From contig JBAYKT010000007.1 of the NCBI GenBank assembly GCA_041664445.1, forward strand, positions 4,360 to 68,359: DNA of 64,000 nucleotides, read 5' to 3'. The translations under genes were made by a program, and so were the position numbers. Origin of the DNA: Patescibacteria group bacterium (GTDB lineage: Bacteria; Patescibacteriota; Patescibacteriia; Patescibacteriales; UBA12465). This document shows positions 54,271-62,816 of the stretch, in pieces; the stretch's first letter is position 1, and each line of letters opens with the position of its first letter. The notes under the pieces were generated by a model. It made no database searches. It was not told the origin of the DNA and saw only the letters and a program-made list of their open reading frames with translations.

Positions 54271-55702
54271 GATGAGATAGTGCTTCAATTATAATATTAC
54301 GAATTTTTATTAGGACTTCTTTTGTTTCTTTTTGTTTAGAAAGATACGTCTTTAATAATTCTTCAGGTGATTCTATGATATCAACTGGTGTACGTGGATT
54401 TTTAATATCTAAATTGTAATTACGGTTTATTATTTCATCTATAGAAACTTTCCATGCATGTTCATTTTCCTCACGATTATTCCACCATTTTTTTTCAGCA
54501 TCAAATTCTTCAACAGTAATTGGATTTGATGTTGAATAACTTGTTTTTCCTTCAGGATATGGATGCTCGTAGTACCAAATTTCTTTTGTTGGTTCTCCTT
54601 TTGTAAAGAAAAGAAGGTTTGTATTAATACTTGTGTATGGAGAAAAAACATTTTTAGGTAAACGTACAATTGTATGCAAATTACATTCTTCAAGCAGCAT
54701 CTTCTTCAGTACCGTTTTCATTCCTTCCCCAAAAAGAGTTCCATCTGGAAGAACAATACCCGCTCTACCGTGTTTCTTTAATAGGCGAACAATAAGAACA
54801 AGAAAAAGGTCCTCTGTGGCACGAGTCTGAAATTCCTTAGGAAAGTTTGATTCGATACCTGGTTCTTCTGTACCTCCAAAAGGAGGGTTTGTTATAACAC
54901 AATCTATTTTGTCTGCATCGGTATACTCACGAAGAGGTTTTTCTAAAGTATTTCCACGTCTCATTGTTACTGGCTCTTCAATACCATGAAGCATCATATT
55001 CGTAATTAGAAGCATGAAAGGAAGTGGCTTCTTCTCTACCCCATGAATACTTTCTTGAATTTTTTGTTCATCCTTTACTGATTTAACTTGTTTTCTCATA
55101 TGCTCCAAGGCATGAACTAGAAATCCTCCTGTTCCAACTGCTGGGTCAAGAATTGATTCACCAACCTTGGGGTTTACCATTTCAACAATAAATTCTGTTA
55201 AGGCTCGCGGAGTATACATCTCTCCAAAATTTCCAGCACTTTGAAGCCCCTTCAAAAGTCTTTCGTATATCTCATTAAATGCGTGTCTATCTTTGGAAGC
55301 ATTAAAATCAATTTCATTTATTTTGTTTATGACTTGTTTTAAAAGTGTACCCTTACGCATAAAGTTATACACATCTTTAAAGGCCATACGTGTAAGATCT
55401 GTTCTTTTATTATCTCCTTTGGGGAGATTACGTAATCCTGGCAATAAATCATTATTTACAAATTCAATAAGCTTATCTCCTGTCATCCCGTCCATTGAAC
55501 CAGCCCAAATACTCCACTGATACTTTTTGGGTAGAGTTGATATAAATTTATCTTTACGAATTTCTAATGCTTTATCTTCATCATCAAGTATTTTTAAATA
55601 AATAAGCCAAACCATTTGTGAAAGTCGTGTTGCGTCACCATCTAGACCAATATCTTGACGCATGATATCTTGAATTGCTTTTATTGTTGATGGCGTAAAC
55701 AT
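54257..55702 (-). CDS. hsdM: Type I restriction-modification methyltransferase subunit HsdM (N6-adenine)
   Basis: HsdM_N-like N-terminus, the AdoMet motif DPAVGTGGFL, and the catalytic motif VITNPPFGG. Confidence 0.92.
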   Translation of the reverse strand: MFTPSTIKAIQDIMRQDIGLDGDATRLSQMVWLIYLKILDDEDKALEIRKDKFISTLPKKYQWSIWAGSMDGMTGDKLIEFVNNDLLPGLRNLPKGDNKRTDLTRMAFKDVYNFMRKGTLLKQVINKINEIDFNASKDRHAFNEIYERLLKGLQSAGNFGEMYTPRALTEFIVEMVNPKVGESILDPAVGTGGFLVHALEHMRKQVKSVKDEQKIQESIHGVEKKPLPFMLLITNMMLHGIEEPVTMRRGNTLEKPLREYTDADKIDCVITNPPFGGTEEPGIESNFPKEFQTRATEDLFLVLIVRLLKKHGRAGIVLPDGTLFGEGMKTVLKKMLLEECNLHTIVRLPKNVFSPYTSINTNLLFFTKGEPTKEIWYYEHPYPEGKTSYSTSNPITVEEFDAEKKWWNNREENEHAWKVSIDEIINRNYNLDIKNPRTPVDIIESPEELLKTYLSKQKETKEVLIKIRNIIIEALSHHDSK

Positions 55703-55703
55703 A

Positions 55704-58073
55704 TTATTGAGTATATATTACATCAAGTAATTTATCGACTGTTTCAAAGTATCCTTCTTTTCCGCCAAATAAAGAAACCAGTTCGTAATCAGTACCAAGA
55801 GAGCGAAGCGGTTCAAGAGTAAGAATACGAACACTTTCAATATCTTTTAGGGCAACATCGGCATATTTAGAAATTAATGCTTCTAGCACTTCTCGTGCCT
55901 TACCATTATATTTATCTAAATAATTAGAGCGACGAAGAGCTTCTATCCTTTCGTTTTTTTTCATCATTTTTTTATCGTACGCAACATGCATGATAAGGTC
56001 AAATAAATCAAATTCTGCCCCTATTTGTTTCTGTAATTCTTCAAGAGGAATACCGCTTTCATTTATTTGGTCAATTATCACTTGGCGTCTTTCGGCCGAC
56101 TGCCAAGCAGTAAAAAAACTTTCAAGGGTTGGATAATGTGTCAGAATATTTTTTCTAGTAAAGTCGGTTAATGATTGAGTAAGAAGTTTTCCATCTGGGC
56201 CAAGATATTGTATTTGTTCTTTTACAACTGCATATGGCACTCCACTTAATGTAAATACAGGAGGTCTATCTGTAATTTCTAAAGATGAGCCTTTTGAAAG
56301 TATTACATCAATTAGTTTATCTTCATCTTCTTTTTCTTCAATAGTAACATCCGGAGGATCTTGTTCTTTTAATGTTTTAGCAATATCTGCATCTTCAGTT
56401 ACTTCGAATACACGCTCAGCGACACCATCAAATCTAGGGTCAGCAAAAAGTTTTGTAACTCCTTGAAAATCCATAATAGTAAACCACATCTTTCCCTTAT
56501 CTTCTCTAACACGAGTACCACGTCCAATAATTTGTTTGAACTCCGTCATGCTTTCTATTGGTTTATCAAGTACTATTAGTTTACATGTTTGAGCATCAAC
56601 TCCCGTGGAGAGCAATTGTGAGGTAGTAACTAAAGTAGGAAATTTTTCTTCCGGATCAATAAAACGGTCAAGTTGATTTTTTCCTTCTTCATCATCACCA
56701 GTAATTCTCATGACATAACGAGAATCCTCTAATGCTCTATCTCCAGAAGCATTCACTAACGCTGAGCGCATACGTTCAGCATGAGCAGTTGTTCTACAAA
56801 AAATAATTGATTTTGCATATTGATCATCAATTGCGTTTAAATATTCAACAATCTTTTCAGCAACAACTTTATCACGTTGCGGGAAAATAACTGATTTATT
56901 AATATCTCGAAGTTCAAAAAGACGGTCTTCAACAATATTTCCACCATCATCTAACGTGCCGATAGATGGGCGCCATCCTGTAATATCATTATCAAGCAAA
57001 ACCCTTAATACTTTATATGGAGCTAAAAATCCATCATCTATTCCCTGTTTAAGGGAGTATGTATAAATTGAATCTCCAAAATAATGTGAAGTGCTAGTAT
57101 CTATTGTTTCTTTTGGTGTTGCAGTAAGACCGAGGTGAGTAGCACTTGTAAAGTGGTCTAGAATTTCATGCCATTCACTGTCTTGCGAAGCGCTACCACG
57201 GTGACACTCGTCTATAATGATTAAATCAAAAAAATCTTTTGGAAGTTTTTTAAAAAGTTTGTCTTCCTCAGTAACCCCGCTCATGGCCTGATAAAGTCCT
57301 AAAAAAATTTCATAAGACATTAGAGAGCCTATGTCATTAAAATTGTGTCGAGAAATTTTTGTAAGAGCATCACCAAAATGTTTCAAGTCATTTATACGAG
57401 CTTGGTCTACTAAAATATTTCTATCAGCAAGAAAGAGTATCCTCTTCGCATTCCCTGATTTCCAAAGGCGCCACATTATTTGCCCTGCTGTATACGTTTT
57501 TCCCGTACCGGTAGCCATTACTAATAATAAACGTTTTTTTCCACTGGCAATAGCCTCAACAGAACGATCAACAGCAATTCTCTGAAAATAACGAGGTGAT
57601 TTGGTTGGGTCATCAGAATAGAAGGGCGTCTCAACAACTGCACGTAAAAGAGGGGCTTCCCCTTTCCATTTAAGATAGCGCTCATAAAGTTCTTCTGGGG
57701 ATGGGAATGCGTCTGGAGTAAGAATTGTTTCTGTTATTGTTGATAAACCTGTTTTATCATGAAAAAGAAATCCACTTCCATTTGCAGAAAAAACGAAAGG
57801 AATATCGAGAGCGTTTGCATATCCCAGAGCTTGTTGCATCCCCATACCAAGGTCTTTGTCTGAGTGTTTAGCCTCAATTATTGCTAGTGGTAAATTAGGT
57901 TTATATTCAAGAAGAAAATCTACTTTCTTCTTTTCTCCACGCTTTGTTGTTTTTCCACTAACATGAATACGCCCCATTGTGTATGGATACTCTTCTCTAA
58001 TCTGATGGTCCTTCCAACCAGAATTTATTATTGATGGTCTGATTAATCTATTTCGTGTTTCTTCTTCGTTCAT
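55704..58073 (-). CDS. hsdR: Type I restriction enzyme endonuclease/translocase subunit HsdR
   Basis: N-terminal nuclease region (DFLLEY...IIEAKH, a D…E-x-K arrangement). SF2 motor motifs VMATGTGKT and IIDECHRG, helicase C motifs. C-terminal region resembling the EcoEI R C-terminal domain. Confidence 0.92.
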   Translation of the reverse strand: MNEEETRNRLIRPSIINSGWKDHQIREEYPYTMGRIHVSGKTTKRGEKKKVDFLLEYKPNLPLAIIEAKHSDKDLGMGMQQALGYANALDIPFVFSANGSGFLFHDKTGLSTITETILTPDAFPSPEELYERYLKWKGEAPLLRAVVETPFYSDDPTKSPRYFQRIAVDRSVEAIASGKKRLLLVMATGTGKTYTAGQIMWRLWKSGNAKRILFLADRNILVDQARINDLKHFGDALTKISRHNFNDIGSLMSYEIFLGLYQAMSGVTEEDKLFKKLPKDFFDLIIIDECHRGSASQDSEWHEILDHFTSATHLGLTATPKETIDTSTSHYFGDSIYTYSLKQGIDDGFLAPYKVLRVLLDNDITGWRPSIGTLDDGGNIVEDRLFELRDINKSVIFPQRDKVVAEKIVEYLNAIDDQYAKSIIFCRTTAHAERMRSALVNASGDRALEDSRYVMRITGDDEEGKNQLDRFIDPEEKFPTLVTTSQLLSTGVDAQTCKLIVLDKPIESMTEFKQIIGRGTRVREDKGKMWFTIMDFQGVTKLFADPRFDGVAERVFEVTEDADIAKTLKEQDPPDVTIEEKEDEDKLIDVILSKGSSLEITDRPPVFTLSGVPYAVVKEQIQYLGPDGKLLTQSLTDFTRKNILTHYPTLESFFTAWQSAERRQVIIDQINESGIPLEELQKQIGAEFDLFDLIMHVAYDKKMMKKNERIEALRRSNYLDKYNGKAREVLEALISKYADVALKDIESVRILTLEPLRSLGTDYELVSLFGGKEGYFETVDKLLDVIYTQ

Positions 58074-58545
58074 AAAAAATATTTAGTTTTGTTTTCGCTA
58101 AAAACTATACTATTTTAACAAATCATCAATTTTGAGGGTTTATTTATTCTTTAGATATATTCTATCTTTACTTCATAATCCCATAAATTAACCCAAAAGT
58201 CAAAAATACTGATTTTTAAGATTAGCCAAAAAAGAAGCCTAAAATATACCCATTATTTCCCTCAGGTTAACCCCCAAATTTTACCAAAAATTTAGGGATG
58301 CATTCTATATTAATTAAACTGCCAGGAGGTAAAGCCGAAGGTGGTCATAATCGGCCGGGGGGCGTCCATCACCTTCCCTCATATCGCCGCCGCCAAAGTG
58401 GTGACTAAATGGTGTCTAAAAAGTGATGGAATACGATTAATCATTGGTATAGATAATAACAGATAATAACACTAGAAACCCTTGTTTATTGTGTTATAAT
58501 GGTATATAGTACCGAATTAATTATCTATAATAAAAACGGTCCTTA

Positions 58546-58591
58546 CAGGTTCTCATCCTGGTAATAGGGGTTCGATTCCCCTAGGGACTAC
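58546..58591 (+). repeat. attR core (3' fragment of tRNA-Glu, no 5' half)
   Basis: Identical to 43468-43513. The upstream sequence (…acggtccttac) cannot form the D arm or acceptor stem. Confidence 0.9.
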
Positions 58592-58600
58592 GTAATAAAA

Positions 58601-58630
58601 ATACTACAACAAAGTTGTAGTATTTTTATT
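58601..58630. terminator. Bidirectional terminator hairpin following attR (probably the original tRNA-Glu terminator)
   Basis: ATACTACAAC (58601-58610) pairs with GTTGTAGTAT (58614-58623), loop AAA, with A-run and T-run flanks. Confidence 0.7.
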
Positions 58631-58632
58631 AT

Positions 58633-58808
58633 GCCGGCGTTAGCCGAGGGGGATCGAACAGGTTGGAAGCGATTCTTGAGCGACGGCGGGAGCCGGAGCG
58701 AAAAGAAGAGCGTCGGACGAAGCTCTGGGGGAGCTTCGGACGCCAACCAAGGACAAGTGAGTCCGCCAGCTGGCGGACGAGCGCGATAATTCCCCCGGGG
58801 ACCACGCT
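58633..58808. ncRNA. Unassigned GC-rich structured element (candidate ncRNA)
   Basis: Strikingly GC-rich patch in an AT-rich genome. Nested helices: GCGTC/GACGC enclosing CGAAGCTC/GAGCTTCG (58710-58743); GTCCGCC/GGCGGAC (58761-58778); long-range GGTTGG (58661-58666) with CCAACC (58743-58748); and GGGGGA (58648-58653) with TCCCCC (58791-58796). Strand and family unknown. Confidence 0.35.
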
Positions 58809-58882
58809 TTCATTTAACGTATCATAAATTGTGATTAAAAATAATAAATGATACAATATTTATATATAAATAATCTTCAAAT

Positions 58883-59713
58883 ATGTCTAAAGTTAAAAAA
58901 ATATTTATTATTTTTAGTTTATTTCTGATACTTTTAGTTTTAGTTTGGTTTGCATTTATTATCTGGTCTCAGCAGAATAGCGCCGAGAATTACCCACCAC
59001 TTGTCGGCTCGGTTATTGAAATTGGTGAACAGATTGCTAGCCCTAAATCAAGGGCCGTTGGATTTGATCATTATGTAAAGGGAAATTCTGCTTACCTTTA
59101 TTCCGCGAGTCACGATGGTCTTAATTATAGAAGTTGTTCAATAGAGAAAGTTGATTCAAAAACATTTATAGCAATTAACCCGATATATACCAAAGACAAA
59201 GATAGAGTTTTTGCTGTCTGTAAAGAAATTATAGGCGCTGATCCAGAAACATTTGAATTAATTTCTGGTTATGCAAAAGACAAAAATTACGCCTATATAT
59301 ATGAAAATAGAATAGAAGGTAGTGACGGAAAAACATTTGAAGTTTTAAGCAATGGTTTCAATAAAGATAAAAATAATTTTTATCTTGGAGCCAAGCGTAT
59401 AGACGTCGATTACTTAACTTTTACAATTGGACAATGTTATAGTAAAGACAAAAACAATGTTTATTATAATAGTAATTTTAATTCTCAAGTTCAAGTTAAT
59501 CCAATAATTAAAGTTGCAGATGTAAAAAGTTTCAAAGAACTTGGTGATTGTTACGCTAACGATGCTTATAATGTATTTTTTATAGGACGCGTAATAGAAG
59601 GCGCCGATACTAATTCGTTCGAAATTGCAAATACTGATAAAACATATATCCATAGAACATATGATGCCGTGGATAATAATTTTAAATATAAATCTGGAAA
59701 AAGAATAGACTAA
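58883..59713 (+). CDS. DKNYY-repeat family protein with N-terminal TM anchor
   Basis: TM helix IFIIFSLFLILLVLVWFAFIIW. Repeated DK(D/N)-x-(V/A/F)(F/Y) units spaced ~30 aa apart, each followed by D..(T/S)F(E/K). Confidence 0.65.
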   Translation: MSKVKKIFIIFSLFLILLVLVWFAFIIWSQQNSAENYPPLVGSVIEIGEQIASPKSRAVGFDHYVKGNSAYLYSASHDGLNYRSCSIEKVDSKTFIAINPIYTKDKDRVFAVCKEIIGADPETFELISGYAKDKNYAYIYENRIEGSDGKTFEVLSNGFNKDKNNFYLGAKRIDVDYLTFTIGQCYSKDKNNVYYNSNFNSQVQVNPIIKVADVKSFKELGDCYANDAYNVFFIGRVIEGADTNSFEIANTDKTYIHRTYDAVDNNFKYKSGKRID

Positions 59714-59803
59714 AATAATTCCAAAATTCCCGCCCACTTTTCAATTCCCCCAATAATCTCTACTATTTTTTCGAAAACTTACGACTTTAAGGCTACTAAA
59801 CAA

Positions 59804-59830
59804 AAACTCTAACGTATGCTAGAGTTTTTT
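59804..59830. terminator. Bidirectional rho-independent terminator
   Basis: AAACTCTA (59804-59811) pairs with TAGAGTTT (59820-59827), followed by a T-run. Sits between convergent genes. Confidence 0.7.
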
Positions 59831-59856
59831 ATTACGTAAATTGTACCACATCATCT

Positions 59857-61341
59857 TTAACCTTTTAAAATCCGCACAGTCCCTTTATCCGCATCGACTT
59901 CAACAAAATCACCATCTTTTAAATTATGCATCGCATTTTTAAGAGCAATTATACAAGGAATTCTAAATTCCCTGGAAACAACAGCCGCATGGCAAGTTAA
60001 GCCCCCAACCTCAGTAATAATTGCTACCGCTCGTTTCATTGCCGGTAAATAATCAACAGTTGTCGCATGAGTAACCAAAATATCGCCGTCTTTAACCTTA
60101 TTATTTTCATCGGGCGAAGAAACTATTTTAATCTTTCCCCTAGCTCTTCCAGGACTCGCGCAAATTCCTTGAGATTCATCATTACCCTGAGCATTGGCAG
60201 AATTTTTTTCAATATATTTAAACATTTTTACGGCCTCTTGTTCTAAAAAAATAAAACGCTTAGACATACTTTTGTTAAAACCAAAACCGCGCATCTTTCC
60301 GGCGGCCTGAAGCAACTGGCCGATATCTTTTTTACCCAATAAACAAGCGACTAGCTCGTCTTCAAATAAAAGCCTGATTTGATTAATGGAAGCATTTAAT
60401 CTTTTAGCAATTTCCCGGTATAGTGGCAAAAGATAAAATCCAGAAAAACTAACAAAATACTCAGCCTCATTGCGTCCATCGAGCGCCAAGCCAAAATCAA
60501 TAAATTTTTGCAAATCTTGAGATTGAATATTATATTTTTTTACAATTTGCGCAATATCATTATTTCTATTCTGACGATAATTTTTCAATAAAAAATATTC
60601 TTTCTCTACTTCTTTTAAATTTTTGCTAATCAGACTTTTTAATTCCTGATGATAATATTCTTCATCCCAAGGCTCGCCATAACAAAAAACTGGCATCCAG
60701 CCATAACTTTTAGCCATTTTTTTACTCGCCCGCTCTAAGTTAATTTTTTTACGTTTAATTTCAATGGCCTGTTTTAAGGTGTCTCTTTTTTCCGACAAAG
60801 TAGTGGAAATTTTTTCCGGCTTAGTTAAAACAAATAACACTCGATTGTATTCGGATGAATTTTTTAACAAACCGAGTTTATTAACTAAGACCTCTTCCGC
60901 TAAAGAAAGTAAAAAGTCCTCACCAACAAAACCAAATTGATCAAAAATAGTAACTCTTCGGATACAATCTCGCACAAACAAAAAACGATTAGCCAGTTTT
61001 TTATTTGACAGCTCCGAATATTTTAATTTAGAAACCGGAGCAATGGCTATTTTAGAAGCTTTTTTAAGAGAATAAAAAAATTTTAACTTTTTCTCTAAAG
61101 ATTTATAGTCTCTTTTATTGATATTTAAAATTCTTTGTTTAAGATTTTGAAATAAATCTTTAGTAAGGTAGCCGTGGAAAAGCCCCTCAGAAAAAACATA
61201 AAGCCCTCCCTTGTAAATACCAAAATGCTCTTTAAAATAATCCGATGATTTATTTCCGAACCAAGTCTCGCCGTCTAAGGGCAGCAAGGCCCATTTCCCA
61301 ACTTTGACGACCTCGGTTTTATAGTAATGGTTTTTATTCAT
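59857..61341 (-). CDS. PEP-utilising-enzyme mobile (swivelling phospho-His) domain protein with uncharacterised N-terminal region
   Basis: The C-terminal ~90 aa read GICASPGRARGKIKIV…DGDILVTHATTVDYLPAMKRAVAIITEVGGLTCHAAVVSREFRIPCI…DGDFVEVDADKGTVRIL. The N-terminal ~390 aa are not recognisable as a PPDK_N ATP-grasp by eye. Confidence 0.7.
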   Translation of the reverse strand: MNKNHYYKTEVVKVGKWALLPLDGETWFGNKSSDYFKEHFGIYKGGLYVFSEGLFHGYLTKDLFQNLKQRILNINKRDYKSLEKKLKFFYSLKKASKIAIAPVSKLKYSELSNKKLANRFLFVRDCIRRVTIFDQFGFVGEDFLLSLAEEVLVNKLGLLKNSSEYNRVLFVLTKPEKISTTLSEKRDTLKQAIEIKRKKINLERASKKMAKSYGWMPVFCYGEPWDEEYYHQELKSLISKNLKEVEKEYFLLKNYRQNRNNDIAQIVKKYNIQSQDLQKFIDFGLALDGRNEAEYFVSFSGFYLLPLYREIAKRLNASINQIRLLFEDELVACLLGKKDIGQLLQAAGKMRGFGFNKSMSKRFIFLEQEAVKMFKYIEKNSANAQGNDESQGICASPGRARGKIKIVSSPDENNKVKDGDILVTHATTVDYLPAMKRAVAIITEVGGLTCHAAVVSREFRIPCIIALKNAMHNLKDGDFVEVDADKGTVRILKG

Positions 61342-61506
61342 GATTTTATAATAATGTTTTTCTTTGATTTTGTCAAAAATAAAAGATATTTACTTATCTA
61401 AAATTCCCGCTTACTTTTCAATTTTCCCAATAGTCCTCTCAAACTTGAAAACGTTGTCCAATTGCTAAAATTATGATATTTTAACTATATAAAGATAATT
61501 AAATTT

Positions 61507-62754
61507 ATGCCAACAATTCAACATTTTGTCAGCCACGTTAAGCAATATGGCAACAAACACAAAGCCTTATATCTATTATCCTTGATGATATTATTTTGGG
61601 CGACATACGATGGCATAATCACCTTTATTTCCCCGCTAATTATGACTGCCAGCGGACTCTCAGGGACACAGATGGGTATTATTATCGGCACCTCATCAAT
61701 CAGCGGCGCCTTTTTTGATTTTATCGCCTGTCGTATTTTTAAAAACATGTTTTTTAGAAGAATGTTTTTAATAATGTTCATTCTCTGTTTCTTTTATCCG
61801 CTGATTCTGTTCCAGGCCAACACTTTTTTAATTTACCTGATAGCGATGGCGATGTGGGGAGTCTATTATGACCTTAAAAACTTTGCGGAATTTGATTTTG
61901 TCGCCCGTCATATAGAGCCCAAAGAGCACGCCTCCAGTTTTGGAATAATTCAAGTTTTTACATCTTTGGGATATTTAATTGCTCCAATAATCGCTGGGCT
62001 AGCTATCGGCGAAGCCATCGATTGGAAACCATTTTTAATTAGCTGGATATTTTTAGGAATTTCGATAATTTTTTTCATCTATTTAATAATACTAACCAAA
62101 AAATACAAAAACAAAACCAGTGATTTAGAAACCATACCAAAAAAAGTTAGTTTCTTAAAAGAAATAAATCTCTGGGAAAAAATTGGCCGCACAATCTTGC
62201 CAGTGCTAATTCTAACTCTAGTTCTTAATTTCATTGATGCTTTTTTCTGGACTATCGGCCCCTTGTTGGCTGAAAGCTTTAGAGACGCGCCGCAATTTTC
62301 CGGCTTCTTTATGACCGCCTATTCTCTGCCCGTTCTCTTGGCTGGTTGGTTTGTCGGCTCCATAACCGCTAAATACGGAAAAAAGAAAACTGCTTTTATA
62401 AGCTTGCTTCTAGGCTCTCTATTATTAAGCACTTTATTTTTATTTGAAAACTTCTTACCAATAATCGGAGTAATCTTCTTGTCTTCTATTCTAATGTCTT
62501 TGTCTTGGCCGGCAATTAACGGCGCTTATGCCGACTATATTGATGAGACAAAGCGTGCCGCCAAAGAGATTTCCGGCTTACAAGACTTATTCACCAACAT
62601 CGGTTATATTATCGGCCCAATATTCGCCGGCATTTTATTCGACGCGATTGGCGGAGCAGCCGCCTTCTCGATTCTTGGTTTATTTGGAACAATAATCGCC
62701 ATTGTCCTGTTGATTATTACACCCAAGCATATAAAGATTAAATTGGTGTCTTAA
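61507..62754 (+). CDS. MFS-type transporter
   Basis: 415 aa with about 12 TM helices in a 6+6 arrangement separated by a basic central loop (TKKYKNKTSD). Confidence 0.65.
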   Translation: MPTIQHFVSHVKQYGNKHKALYLLSLMILFWATYDGIITFISPLIMTASGLSGTQMGIIIGTSSISGAFFDFIACRIFKNMFFRRMFLIMFILCFFYPLILFQANTFLIYLIAMAMWGVYYDLKNFAEFDFVARHIEPKEHASSFGIIQVFTSLGYLIAPIIAGLAIGEAIDWKPFLISWIFLGISIIFFIYLIILTKKYKNKTSDLETIPKKVSFLKEINLWEKIGRTILPVLILTLVLNFIDAFFWTIGPLLAESFRDAPQFSGFFMTAYSLPVLLAGWFVGSITAKYGKKKTAFISLLLGSLLLSTLFLFENFLPIIGVIFLSSILMSLSWPAINGAYADYIDETKRAAKEISGLQDLFTNIGYIIGPIFAGILFDAIGGAAAFSILGLFGTIIAIVLLIITPKHIKIKLVS

Positions 62755-62816
62755 AACTACTTCAAAACCAAAAAGGCTGGAGAAAATCCAGCCTTTTTTA
62801 TTTCTTTATCTTAATT

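Larger units (their letters stand above)
43468..58591. mobile_element. Integrative genomic island (~15.1 kb) in tRNA-Glu, satellite/PICI-like backbone with defence cargo
   Basis: Perfect 46-bp direct repeats at both ends (the tRNA 3' portion), an integrase adjacent to attL, plus xis, rep, terS-like and type I R-M genes inside. Confidence 0.85.

Noticed and set aside
54439-54693. 84-aa ORF in an alternative frame within hsdM, and the antisense ORFs at 54633-54830 and 55293-55520
   Set aside because: They are embedded in a gene with clear methyltransferase motifs, and their translations are low-complexity.
58633-58808. Assigning the GC-rich element to tRNA, tmRNA, SRP RNA, RNase P RNA, 5S, or the cyclic-di-AMP, cobalamin or Mn riboswitches
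   Set aside because: The GATCGAAC segment has no complementary T-stem. The hallmark strings GGAAGCAGCC (SRP), GAGGAAAGTCC / ACAGAA…GGCTTA (RNase P) and CCGAACTCAGAAGTGAAAC (5S) are absent. The element is too short for tmRNA or RNase P. The riboswitch resemblances (CGGGGACC, GCTAAC) were fragmentary, and no regulated gene lies downstream on the minus strand. It is left unassigned rather than forced.
58629-58856. 75-aa minus-strand ORF in the GC-rich patch after attR
   Set aside because: The product is Arg/Ser-rich (…RRSSFRSGSRRRSRIAS…), with no SD and no similarity I recognise. The region is full of perfect hairpins, so it is better explained as structured RNA or DNA.
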